From assembly GCA_900321795.1 (NCBI GenBank), contig ONXO01000082.1:1-33154 (forward strand): a DNA stretch of 33,154 nt. The letters run 5' to 3'. The translations under genes were made by a program, and so were the position numbers. The notes beneath the pieces are model-generated. The model had not been told where the DNA came from and did not search any database. It saw nothing but the letters and a program-made list of their open reading frames with translations. This document shows, piece after piece, positions 16,618 to 25,335 of this stretch (the stretch's first letter is position 1; each line of letters starts with the position of its first letter). The stretch comes from an uncultured Eubacteriales bacterium (GTDB lineage Bacteria; Bacillota_I; Bacilli_A; RF39; UBA660).

Positions 16618-19194
16618 TTATAATCTATTTGGCTTTTTAAGTTTCTTTAGTATAATCTTTCTCATTATATCAAAAGGTATAACACTAAATGCAAGAAGTA
16701 AAGTAACATCAAGTTCAAAGAAAGTAAGGCCAGTAGTTCTAAATATACTTCCGCCAAAATATATCATAAGAAGCTGTATTATAATAATTAAACTAATAAC
16801 AAATAAAAACACTTTATTTTTAGTAACATTAGCAAAGACATTTATTCTATAACTTCTAGCATTAAAAGCATTAAATACACTCATGAAGATAAACAGTCCA
16901 AAAAAGGCAGTCATTAGATACTTATCTGCTTCACCTATTCTATAGAGACTTTTAATAGTATTACTCTTTAAGAAAAACATACACAAAACACTCATATATG
17001 TTCCTGTAATTAATATTTCATTAATCATATATGAATTCATAATTTTTTCATCTCTTTTTTTAGGTGGCTCGCTCATATATTCTTTAAGTGGTGGTTCAAA
17101 CGCATAAGCAACACCAGCAAGAGTATCCATAATCATGTTTATCCAAAGCATCTGCACGACAGTAACAGGTGCGATTATACCGAACAATGGTCCAATTACC
17201 GAAAGAGAAACAGCAGTAATATTAACAGTTAATTGAAATATTATAAACTTTCTTATGCTTTTAAAAATTGTTCTTCCAAATAAAATAGTTTTAGCTATAC
17301 TAAGAAAGTTATCATCTAAGATAATTATATCGCTTACTTCTTTAGCAACTTCAGTACCGCTTCCCATTGCAAAGCCAACATCTGCTCTTTTTAAAGCTGG
17401 AGCATCATTTACCCCATCCCCAGTCATTCCAACTACAAGTCCTTTTTCTTGTGATAAAGCAACTAATCTTTTTTTATCTTCTGGAAGACTCCTTGCAACA
17501 ACTCTTATCTTTGAAAGCAGTTTCTTTACTTCTTCATCATTTAACTTACTTAACTCATCACTTGTTAAAACTATATCTTCTTCACTGTTAATAAGACCTA
17601 CTTCCTTAGCAATAGATTTAGCCGTTAAAGCATTATCTCCAGTAATCATAACCGTTTGCACACCCGCATCCATAGCTAGTTTAATTCCTTCAACTGCTTC
17701 AGGTCTAACTTCATCTTTAATAAGAATAAAACCTACAAATGATAAATTATCAAAACCACTACTAGAAGTTGCTAAAGCTAATACTCTAAACCCATTTTTG
17801 GTATAAACATCCGCTCTTTCTTTAAGTTCATTCTTAGATTTAATTAAACTCCTTGAACCATCAGTTTTGTAAAAGTAAGAACACTTACTAACGATTAGCT
17901 CATATGCACCTTTATAAAAAGTTAATCCCTTTTCATAATCAAGTGTTACCGATGAATACTTGACTTTACTATTAAACTCTTCTTTTTTAATTACATTATA
18001 TTTGCTTTTTTCAATATTTCCAACAAACTTTAAAGCAGCTCGGTCAGTAGTATTTCCACCAATTATTTCTCCTTGAGAATAACTAGATGAATTATTATAA
18101 AGCAAACTAAGTAATACTAACTCATTTAATTTACCATTAATATCTTTAATACTTTTATATTCATTACTATTATAGTCTACAAAGCTATTTACCTCTAGCT
18201 TACCCTTAGTAATAGTGCCTGTTTTATCACTGAATAAAATGTTTAATGAACCAGAACTTTCAATACCCACCAGTTTCCTAACTAATACATTGTTTTTAAC
18301 AAGCCTTTTCATATTTGACGATAAAACCAAAGTAATCATCATAGGTAACCCTTCAGGAACAGCAACAACTATTATAGTCACACCTAGTGTTAAAGCATAC
18401 AAAAGATGTGGTGCCAACTCTTTAAAATCACTAACTACTTCCCATATTTTATTTAAATTAAAGTTATTTTTTAAAACAATAGTACTAAACAAATAAGAAA
18501 TCATTACTAAACCAGCACATATATAGCCAATCTTACTTATAAACTGAGCAAGCACTCTTAAACGATTTTTAAGCGGACTTTCAGGAGCTTTTTCTTGAAC
18601 ATCTTTAGCTATTTTTCCATAAAAAGTGTTATTACCTACAAGCATAGTTTTCATAACAGCACTTCCACTTACAACAGTGCTTCCCCTATAAACAGAATCT
18701 TTAGCATATTTATACTGCTCTTTAGTTTCTCCAGTAAGCATACTTTCATCTACTGCAATTGATTCTTTATAAATGATTCCATCAGCCGGAACTTTATCTC
18801 CACTTTCTAAGAATATATAATCCCCTACTACAACTTCCTCGATTGGGATTAATACAAGCTTAGAATCCCTTATAACTTTAATATCTATTTTATCAGTTGT
18901 ACTTGATAACTTTTCAAAAGCTTTTTCTGATCCATATTCACTTAAACTACTAATAACTGTTGCTAAAATAATAGCAACAATTATACCTATAGTTTCATAT
19001 ACATCACTATCGTTTAAAAAGAATAAAATCTTAACACCTAAAGCAACTAATAGAATCTTGATAATTGGATCATTTAATGATTCAATTATCAAAGATAGTA
19101 TTGTATTTCTCTTATAATGAGTTATTTCATTAGTACCATTATCTTTTCTGGATGTAATTACTTCATTACTACTTAGTCCATTTATGCCATTCAT
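16618..19194 (-). CDS. P-type (type II) Ca2+-transporting ATPase
   Basis: Motifs present: DKTGTIT, PEGLP, MITGDN, GDGVNDAPALKRADVG and the N-terminal GLSSNEV cation-ATPase-N pattern. I prefer the ATG at 19194 (GGTGA upstream) over 19206. Confidence 0.88.
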   Translation of the reverse strand: MNGINGLSSNEVITSRKDNGTNEITHYKRNTILSLIIESLNDPIIKILLVALGVKILFFLNDSDVYETIGIIVAIILATVISSLSEYGSEKAFEKLSSTTDKIDIKVIRDSKLVLIPIEEVVVGDYIFLESGDKVPADGIIYKESIAVDESMLTGETKEQYKYAKDSVYRGSTVVSGSAVMKTMLVGNNTFYGKIAKDVQEKAPESPLKNRLRVLAQFISKIGYICAGLVMISYLFSTIVLKNNFNLNKIWEVVSDFKELAPHLLYALTLGVTIIVVAVPEGLPMMITLVLSSNMKRLVKNNVLVRKLVGIESSGSLNILFSDKTGTITKGKLEVNSFVDYNSNEYKSIKDINGKLNELVLLSLLYNNSSSYSQGEIIGGNTTDRAALKFVGNIEKSKYNVIKKEEFNSKVKYSSVTLDYEKGLTFYKGAYELIVSKCSYFYKTDGSRSLIKSKNELKERADVYTKNGFRVLALATSSSGFDNLSFVGFILIKDEVRPEAVEGIKLAMDAGVQTVMITGDNALTAKSIAKEVGLINSEEDIVLTSDELSKLNDEEVKKLLSKIRVVARSLPEDKKRLVALSQEKGLVVGMTGDGVNDAPALKRADVGFAMGSGTEVAKEVSDIIILDDNFLSIAKTILFGRTIFKSIRKFIIFQLTVNITAVSLSVIGPLFGIIAPVTVVQMLWINMIMDTLAGVAYAFEPPLKEYMSEPPKKRDEKIMNSYMINEILITGTYMSVLCMFFLKSNTIKSLYRIGEADKYLMTAFFGLFIFMSVFNAFNARSYRINVFANVTKNKVFLFVISLIIIIQLLMIYFGGSIFRTTGLTFFELDVTLLLAFSVIPFDIMRKIILKKLKKPNRL

Positions 19195-19228
19195 TGCATT
19201 CACCATTTAAGTATATTAATGCATAAAG

Positions 19229-19252
19229 AAAAAAAGACTATTTGATTAGTCT
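19229..19252 (-). terminator. weak hairpin plus T6 in the ATPase 5' leader (possible attenuator)
   Basis: AGACTA-ATCAAA-TAGTCT followed by TTTTTTC on the minus strand, about 34 nt upstream of the ATPase ATG. The stem is only 6 bp. Confidence 0.3.
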
Positions 19253-19391
19253 AAAAATTGACTCACTAGAATAAAGAAAACCATTTGTTAGAGTTGAGGA
19301 GAAGTGATGATAGGAACTACATACAACATTTTATCGTGTTGGTTTATATTATCCCTTTAAAGTACATCATCATATTCCACGCTTTCCTTGA

Positions 19392-19416
19392 TATAAAAAC
19401 TTGTATTTCTACAAGT
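19392..19416 (-). terminator. Rho-independent terminator after the 105-aa membrane protein gene
   Basis: ACTTGTA-GAAA-TACAAGT followed by TTTTTAT on the minus strand. Confidence 0.6.
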
Positions 19417-19439
19417 AATTAATAATACACTCTAAAAAA

Positions 19440-19757
19440 TTATTTTTTAAACACAAAATTTGATAATACATTCATTATAGAACTTATAGGATAATATAAA
19501 AGCTTATATAAAAATTTCCCAATATAGTTCAAATTTCTAATAGTAAAATAACTCATGAATCCCCCAACCAATATATAAGTTATTCTTGAAGTGAAAATAG
19601 TAGATAATATAGTCGTTCCATTAAAGTCTAATAAAATATTATTAAGAAAATTTAAAGTATTATAAACTAGACTAGCACATCGTTTAAAACCGAAGAAATA
19701 TAAATAAATTAAAATAGTTATAAATAAAGATATTAAAATTTTGAATTTTTTATTCAT
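19440..19757 (-). CDS. small membrane protein, function unknown
   Basis: 105 aa with three predicted TM helices. GGAGG-like AGGAAAAAGAG lies upstream. Confidence 0.5.
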   Translation of the reverse strand: MNKKFKILISLFITILIYLYFFGFKRCASLVYNTLNFLNNILLDFNGTTILSTIFTSRITYILVGGFMSYFTIRNLNYIGKFLYKLLYYPISSIMNVLSNFVFKK

Positions 19758-19782
19758 ACTCTTTTTCCTCCATGTATAATTT

Positions 19783-20345
19783 TTAAACTATTATTTCTTT
19801 TACATCACTAAAACAATATGTATCTATATATTCTAATCTTTCTTTTTCTGTTAATCTCTTACTATTATTCTTAAACATTTCTGATAACTTTTCATAATCA
19901 CCATTAATGCTCTCATGACTTGCAACTATCATATCCATTTTAGAAACGTTTGTAAGATCTAAATCTATTCCGTTTATTTTAGCTAGTAATTCTATAAAAG
20001 TTCTTTGACTTCTACCATTGCCTTCACGGAAAGGGTGTAAAGCATTTATATCTGAAAATAATTTCACTAATTTAGTTATTGTAGTTTCATAATCATAGTC
20101 TTTATAAAACTTTTCTTTTTTTAGTTTACTAAATACATTATTTGCAAAAGAATCAATATATTCACATAAACAAAATAAATCTTGCTTAGCAATATTACAG
20201 TTTACAATCTAAAAGAAACTAATTCTCTTTCGGCACTATATAAATCTTCATCATTTGTGATATTAAGTTTATTAATTAAAACATCAGTTCCTTTATAACA
20301 ATAATCAGCAGTTCTTTCGTAAGTATATTTATATTTACTGTCCAT
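19783..20345 (-). pseudogene. Fic/DOC family toxin (class I FicT) pseudogene: internal deletion plus frame change
   Basis: Frame 1 (20345 to 20202) reads MDSKYKYTYERTADYCYKGTDVLINKLNITNDEDLYSAERELVSFRL* . Homology resumes in another frame as VNCNIAKQDLFCLCEYIDSFANNVFSKLKKE...INALHPFREGNGRSQRTFIELLA and runs to 19783. The Fic motif HPFREGNGRSQR is intact. Confidence 0.8.
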
Positions 20346-20523
20346 AGATTCTCCTATACTTTTCTAATACCTTTTCTCTTTCTATATCATAAGTTGATTT
20401 ACCAGTTAAACAATTGTAAAGTTTTTCCTTTATTTCTTTAGTTAAAGGCATACCTTCTTGTGCCATTGCACCATCAACTTTTCTTATTTTTTCTTGTATT
20501 TCTTTTTCAGATAATTTAGACAT
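20335..20523 (-). CDS. VbhA-type antitoxin of class I Fic toxin
   Basis: 62 aa. KVDGAMAQEGMPLTKEIKEKL resembles the VbhA inhibitory helix (xxxEG). The stop overlaps the Fic ATG by 11 nt (ATGGACAGTAA). GAGGTGA SD is present. Confidence 0.65.
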   Translation of the reverse strand: MSKLSEKEIQEKIRKVDGAMAQEGMPLTKEIKEKLYNCLTGKSTYDIEREKVLEKYRRIYGQ

Positions 20524-20547
20524 AAGTTATTCACCTCTTCTATGTGT

Positions 20548-20576
20548 AATATTATACCATCTTTGATTATAATATT
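20548..20576 (-). promoter_or_regulatory. vbhA-fic promoter region with 9-bp perfect inverted repeat (candidate autoregulatory operator)
   Basis: AATATTATA-N11-TATAATATT. The minus-strand -10 TATAAT (20551-20556) lies inside one arm. The repeat is AT-only, so its information content is low. Confidence 0.4.
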
Positions 20577-20669
20577 CACTACTTTTTTACTTTACACTAA
20601 ACCAACGAGAGATATAATAATTAGTCTTAAGGTTCTATAATAAATTTTCTAAGCCTTATGAATTAAAAA

Positions 20670-23600
20670 TCACATATTATCATATCTATACAAGAATATA
20701 GCTAATTGCATATTTGTAAGCGAATCATTTGGCTTAAAAGAAGAACTTGTGCTTCCTTTAACAATTCCTTTATTATAACCCCATAAAACAGCCTTATAAT
20801 ACCAAGAAGCCTCACTGACATCGCTAAATGGAACTGTTCCAGAAACATTAGGACTTCCCGCCATTCTATATAACGTTGTCATAAACTGTGCTCTAGTACA
20901 ATCGGAAGAAGGATTAAAACTAGATGATTTTGTGATAATTCCATTATTATATGCCCATATTATTGAATCAAGTTCATATTTATACTCACTACCACCTAAA
21001 TCATTAAATCCTATACTATTAATTTCATTTTGAGCATTTGAAGACTCTGTGATTGTAGTAAGTGTAGTAATTGTTCCAGGCATTTTTTTATACTTATATA
21101 AACTTCTTATAGCATCAAATCTATTAACCGTGCTTTTCGGCGAGAAAGACGTAGCCATATCAAGCGGTAGAATACCATTATTTATTGCCCATTTGATTTC
21201 AGTTGAAAATTTATTCACGCTTGTAGAATTAATGTCATTAATATAATTACTAAAATTAGAGTTATCTATCAAAATATTTTTAGAATACATAGAAAAGTAT
21301 ATAGGAAAAGTGTTTGAATTTAAAGTTATACTGGATTTAATGTGATTATCATTATAAGTATCACTACCTGACAAGCTTTCTACATTAATATATTTAACAT
21401 TAAAAGCTTTCAATCCTCCAAAATCATACATATTTCCACCTGCTACAGAGTTTTTTACTACATAATTATTAGAAGATGTAGCTGGATAATAATTATTAAA
21501 TCTTGATTGATGTTCGAAAAAGAAACCAAATTTCTTATTATTAATTGCTACACTATTACTAATAGTTATTGACTCTTGATTAGAATATCCTACACCAATG
21601 CCAAATCCTGAAGCACCTTCATTAGTTGAGCTTTTTGCAAGTTTACCACAACTAATAGCTTTAGAATTAGTAATAGTAGAATTTATCGGACAGTCCATAC
21701 CAAATCCAGTACCATCTGTATTTTTAACAACTATATTATACCAGTCACAATTCATAAAAAGATTAATCATAAATCCTTTACCATTAGTCGTATATGTACC
21801 GCCATGAACTAGCTCACCATCAATTATGAAATCAGAGAAATCAGCATTTATTAAATATACAGTCTGATCAGTTAATTCCTTTGTTTGTCCGTTAATATCT
21901 TTATATTCAATATCTCTTTTAGTAGACGTTGTAACATTACCAATGGTATTATAACCAGTATCTGCATAATTGTTAAAATAAAACATATCCAAACTTCCTC
22001 GGCTACCACTAGCAGCTTCATAATAAGGCTTAAGAACAGTTAAATTATTAGTATCATTTTCATTTGTTCCTGCGCCTTTTAAATGAACATTATTACGACA
22101 CCTGATAACATATCTACTACCTCTTGATGAACTTCCTCCTTGAGAGAAATAATATGTTCCGCTTGGAATTATAACATTTCCACCGCCATTTTCACTTACA
22201 ATATTAATTGCATTTTGTAAACTTTCTGTATTCTTTTGCATATCAGAAATGTTTGTAGAATTTGGAATTAAATCAATATTCTTTTCTAAATATAGGTTTT
22301 TAGATACCTTCCATTTTGCTGTTAATGTGATATTACTTGTTATTTTTGTATTAAAATTAAATGCTGTATTTCCATTATACCAACCCACAAAATCATAGCC
22401 AAATTTTGTTGGATCTGATGGTTTTGTCACCATTTTACCTGATTCAACTATCTGTGATGCTACTGTACTTCCTCCATCACTATTAAATGTTACTGTATAC
22501 ATAGATATAGTATTTGTCGCATTCCATTTTGCTGTTAATGTTATATTACTCGTTATCTTTGTATTAAAATCAAATGCTGCATTTCCATTATACCAACCCG
22601 CAAATGTATAACCACTCCTTGTTGGACTAGTTGGTCTTATTGCTGTGTTACCTGACTCAACTACTTGTGATGATACTGCACTTCCTCCATTACTATCAAA
22701 TGTAACTATATATGTAGTTGTTATAATCTCGTTAGAAGCTTTCTTTTTCCACATAGCTGTTAATGTTATATTACTTGTTATTTTTGTATTAAAATCAAAT
22801 GCTGTGCTTCCATTATACCAAGCTAAAAAATCATAGCCCGTTTTAGTTGGATTTGATGGCTTCGTTACAGTTTTTCCTGATTCAACTGTCTGTGATGATA
22901 CTATACTTCCTCCATTACTATCAAATGTAACTAAAAACGTTTTGATAGTATCTATTACATTGTCTTTTTTATTCTCTTGCCATTTTGCTTCAATTGTCAT
23001 ATTACCTGATATTTGAGTGTTAAAATCAAACTTTTCAGAACCATTATACCAACCTACAAAAGTATAGCCACTTCTTGTTGGAGTTCCGGGATTTTTAGCT
23101 GTTTTTCCTTCTTCAATTGATTGAGATAAAACATTACTACCACCTTTACTGTCAAAAACAATAGTATACATAACTGTTTTTTCATCATCAATCTTTTCCC
23201 AATGTGCAGTAACAGTTATGTCAGAAGATATAATATTTGTTTTTTCTATTTTATCATCGGAATTATACCATCCACTAAAACTATAACCACTTTTAACTGG
23301 TGTTGGCAATTCAACATTTTCTCCTTGTTTTATTATTATTGTATTTATAAAATCATCACTATTTGTTTCAAAACCAATTTGTATATTACTAGCTAATTCT
23401 TTATCAATCCATTTCGCATAAAGAATAACATCACTATAAATTAATGTATTAAAATCATATGGTTTATCACTTTCTAAATCCATATACCATCCTATAAAAT
23501 TATATCCTTCTCTAGTTGGCATTTCTATAGGCTCTAATGCTGCTGTTCCACTTAATACTTGTTGTGGTGATATATCGTCATTTCCTCCATTAGTATTAAA

Positions 23601-23735
23601 ATACACATAATAGTATTCATCAAAATTGTCATTTATATCATTTTTATTTTTACTAAAAATAAAAACAAATAAACTTATGATTACCAAATAAACTAACAAA
23701 ACGAACCATATATTAAAATTTTTCCCTTTTTGCAT
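20670..23735 (-). CDS. SLH-anchored surface protein: signal anchor, six Listeria-Bacteroides (Flg_new) repeats, parallel beta-helix domain, three SLH domains
   Basis: The repeats follow Y.VTF.SNGGS.V.SQ.VESG.....P..PT..GY.F.GWYNG...FDFNTKITSNITLTAKW. NAINIVSENGGGNVIIPSGTYYF looks like the start of a pectate-lyase-like domain. The C-terminal FSDVSEASWYYKAVLWGYNKGIVKG...F.P segments fit the SLH pattern. I prefer the ATG at 23735 (AGGTGA upstream). Confidence 0.8.
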   Translation of the reverse strand: MQKGKNFNIWFVLLVYLVIISLFVFIFSKNKNDINDNFDEYYYVYFNTNGGNDDISPQQVLSGTAALEPIEMPTREGYNFIGWYMDLESDKPYDFNTLIYSDVILYAKWIDKELASNIQIGFETNSDDFINTIIIKQGENVELPTPVKSGYSFSGWYNSDDKIEKTNIISSDITVTAHWEKIDDEKTVMYTIVFDSKGGSNVLSQSIEEGKTAKNPGTPTRSGYTFVGWYNGSEKFDFNTQISGNMTIEAKWQENKKDNVIDTIKTFLVTFDSNGGSIVSSQTVESGKTVTKPSNPTKTGYDFLAWYNGSTAFDFNTKITSNITLTAMWKKKASNEIITTTYIVTFDSNGGSAVSSQVVESGNTAIRPTSPTRSGYTFAGWYNGNAAFDFNTKITSNITLTAKWNATNTISMYTVTFNSDGGSTVASQIVESGKMVTKPSDPTKFGYDFVGWYNGNTAFNFNTKITSNITLTAKWKVSKNLYLEKNIDLIPNSTNISDMQKNTESLQNAINIVSENGGGNVIIPSGTYYFSQGGSSSRGSRYVIRCRNNVHLKGAGTNENDTNNLTVLKPYYEAASGSRGSLDMFYFNNYADTGYNTIGNVTTSTKRDIEYKDINGQTKELTDQTVYLINADFSDFIIDGELVHGGTYTTNGKGFMINLFMNCDWYNIVVKNTDGTGFGMDCPINSTITNSKAISCGKLAKSSTNEGASGFGIGVGYSNQESITISNSVAINNKKFGFFFEHQSRFNNYYPATSSNNYVVKNSVAGGNMYDFGGLKAFNVKYINVESLSGSDTYNDNHIKSSITLNSNTFPIYFSMYSKNILIDNSNFSNYINDINSTSVNKFSTEIKWAINNGILPLDMATSFSPKSTVNRFDAIRSLYKYKKMPGTITTLTTITESSNAQNEINSIGFNDLGGSEYKYELDSIIWAYNNGIITKSSSFNPSSDCTRAQFMTTLYRMAGSPNVSGTVPFSDVSEASWYYKAVLWGYNKGIVKGSTSSSFKPNDSLTNMQLAIFLYRYDNM
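22308..23612 (-). repeat. intragenic tandem repeats (about 215-235 nt units) encoding Flg_new modules
   Basis: There are six units. The last three (about 22308-22940) are clearly similar at the DNA level, for example ccattttgctgttaatgt.atattact.gttat.tttgtattaaaat.aaatgctg.atttccattataccaaccc recurs. Confidence 0.8.
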
Positions 23736-23787
23736 TACTTTCACCTATTATATAAGTATTATATAAAAAAAAGAAATAAATTACAAG
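23734..23787 (-). promoter_or_regulatory. promoter/5'UTR cassette copy B (TTGTAA-17-TATAAT plus SD)
   Basis: -35 is 23781-23786, the spacer carries T8, and -10 is 23758-23763. SD AGGTGA follows. 48 of 54 nt are identical to 13715-13768. Confidence 0.65.
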
Positions 23788-23847
23788 TAACAGGAACTAT
23801 AATTTAGAGTTTCCTACTTTTGCAATTATATTTCTAAGGAAAAATTT

Positions 23848-24645
23848 TTACTTAAAAAAATCTCTCTTATTAAATCCAGCTGTTAAAAATCTAACAAAAG
23901 CCTTTCTATTAGTAAGCCAGTTTATTTTAACATTATTTTTATTATTTCTTACTATTCTATCTACCAAAAATTTTGCTACTGTTTCCGGAGTATCTCCTAA
24001 AATATTGTAAACTTTTTTGGTTTTCTCAGAAAGCTCAATTTTGTCACTGCCTAGTGAATGAGTAGTGAAATCCGTAATCATAATTCCTGGACTTAACTTT
24101 CCAACTATAACTTTAGTGTTTCTTTCTTTTGCTTCCTGAGCTAGGCTTTCAGTAAAATATGTAACTGCTCTTTTACTTGTTCCATACATATTAAGCCCAA
24201 GCATATGCGCATCATTACTTCCATATCCTTCTATATTGTAAATAGCACCAACTTTATTTTTAATCATATATTCCATCGCAACTTTAGATCCGTAAATGCA
24301 ACCCTTTAAATCGACATCAATAATAGTATTAATTTCTTTTTCATTTAACTCCCAAATTGCTTTTTGAGGCTGATTTACTCCAGCATTATTAATCCAAATA
24401 TCTACAGTTCCAAACTCTTTTATTGAATAATTCATTAAATCTTCAAGTTCATTTATCTTGGCTACATCACAAGTTTTAAAACCAATATTTCCTTTAGACT
24501 TGATTCTTTCTAGCTCGTCCTTTGCCTTTACTAAGCTTTCCTCTTTCAAATCACTAATAACAATATTATAGTTATATTCTCTAAAGAATCTAGCCATATT
24601 AAAGCCTAGCCCTCTAGCACTTCCTGTAATTACAACTGTTTTCAT
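23848..24645 (-). CDS. short-chain dehydrogenase/reductase (SDR) family oxidoreductase
   Basis: TGSARGLG, NNAGV and YGTSKRAV (YxxxK) motifs. The ATG at 24645 has AGGAGG upstream. Confidence 0.85.
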   Translation of the reverse strand: MKTVVITGSARGLGFNMARFFREYNYNIVISDLKEESLVKAKDELERIKSKGNIGFKTCDVAKINELEDLMNYSIKEFGTVDIWINNAGVNQPQKAIWELNEKEINTIIDVDLKGCIYGSKVAMEYMIKNKVGAIYNIEGYGSNDAHMLGLNMYGTSKRAVTYFTESLAQEAKERNTKVIVGKLSPGIMITDFTTHSLGSDKIELSEKTKKVYNILGDTPETVAKFLVDRIVRNNKNNVKINWLTNRKAFVRFLTAGFNKRDFFK

Positions 24646-24693
24646 TATTTTCCTCCTCATACACTATAATTTAGTCAATACATTAAGGCACAT

Positions 24694-25302
24694 TTAATTA
24701 CAAACCCCATTTCTTCCTGAAGCTGTTAAATGTCCACTGAAAGTTCTAGTGCTTTCTTCTCCTATTAATATTTCACTTTGATTATTAACCAAATCATAAG
24801 AAAGCCAAAGTGTAAGTTCATATTCTTTAGATGTATTATCTGTTTTAGAAAAATACTCATTTCCTATTAAAGATATAATTGCTTTCCCATTTTCATCATA
24901 CTCTACTATATTTGGTGAGAAACTTCCAAATATAGTAGTGTTATTACTCTTAAATCTATATTTAAAATACTCACTTTTTAAGTTATCACCTATACCATCA
25001 ATTGTAAGAAAAACTCCATAACAAATATCCAAATTGCTATCATTACTTCTTGAAACAGTAAATGTAGTCTTAAAAGCCTCATCACTTGTATCAACACTAC
25101 TATCATTAATAGGTCTTAATGAATTTATAGGTATTACTTGAGCATTACTAACTTCTAAATTAACTTTCCCAGATACTACATTAATACTCTCACCTTTACC
25201 TACTACTTTAGGCACAAAATAAGAATAAGCACCAGCAAATGTAATAATTATTAAACAAAATGCAGATACTACTGTCATTAAAAATATATTTCTTAGACTC
25301 AT
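24694..25302 (-). CDS. secreted protein with TasA/camelysin-like (SipW-type) N-terminus, tentative
   Basis: 202 aa. A hydrophobic signal is followed by FAGAYSYFVP....N..SGKVNLEV, resembling the GGT.AYFSD...N.F..G.L.L start of the TasA/CalY family. Its size is typical of camelysins. Confidence 0.35.
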   Translation of the reverse strand: MSLRNIFLMTVVSAFCLIIITFAGAYSYFVPKVVGKGESINVVSGKVNLEVSNAQVIPINSLRPINDSSVDTSDEAFKTTFTVSRSNDSNLDICYGVFLTIDGIGDNLKSEYFKYRFKSNNTTIFGSFSPNIVEYDENGKAIISLIGNEYFSKTDNTSKEYELTLWLSYDLVNNQSEILIGEESTRTFSGHLTASGRNGVCN

Positions 25303-25335
25303 ATAAAAGCCTCCTACTATAAATGATTTTACAGC

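Noticed and set aside
19280-19345. Resemblance of the ATPase leader region to metal riboswitches (M-box GUUAGGUGAGG-like string gttagagttgaggag; yybP-ykoY AAAGGGGAGUAG-like string AAAGGGATAATA).
   Set aside because: The M-box-like string is on the plus strand, the wrong strand for the ATPase. The yybP-like match is partial, and the other conserved elements (UUGACAUA, AGAGACC) are absent. I do not call a known riboswitch class.
19307-19360. Plus-strand 17-codon ORF MIGTTYNILSCWFILSL with a GAGGAG SD in the ATPase/membrane-protein intergenic region (type I toxin-like?).
   Set aside because: There is no acceptable -10 at the right distance from the nearby TTGACT. The peptide is shorter than typical type I toxins. 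Both flanking hairpins are oriented as minus-strand terminators. It is most likely a chance ORF within the minus-strand leader.
22308-23612. Repeats of the surface protein as targets of a diversity-generating retroelement or phase-variable shufflon.
   Set aside because: There is no reverse transcriptase, template repeat, invertase or flanking inverted repeat in the window. The variation between units looks like ordinary divergence of tandem domain repeats.
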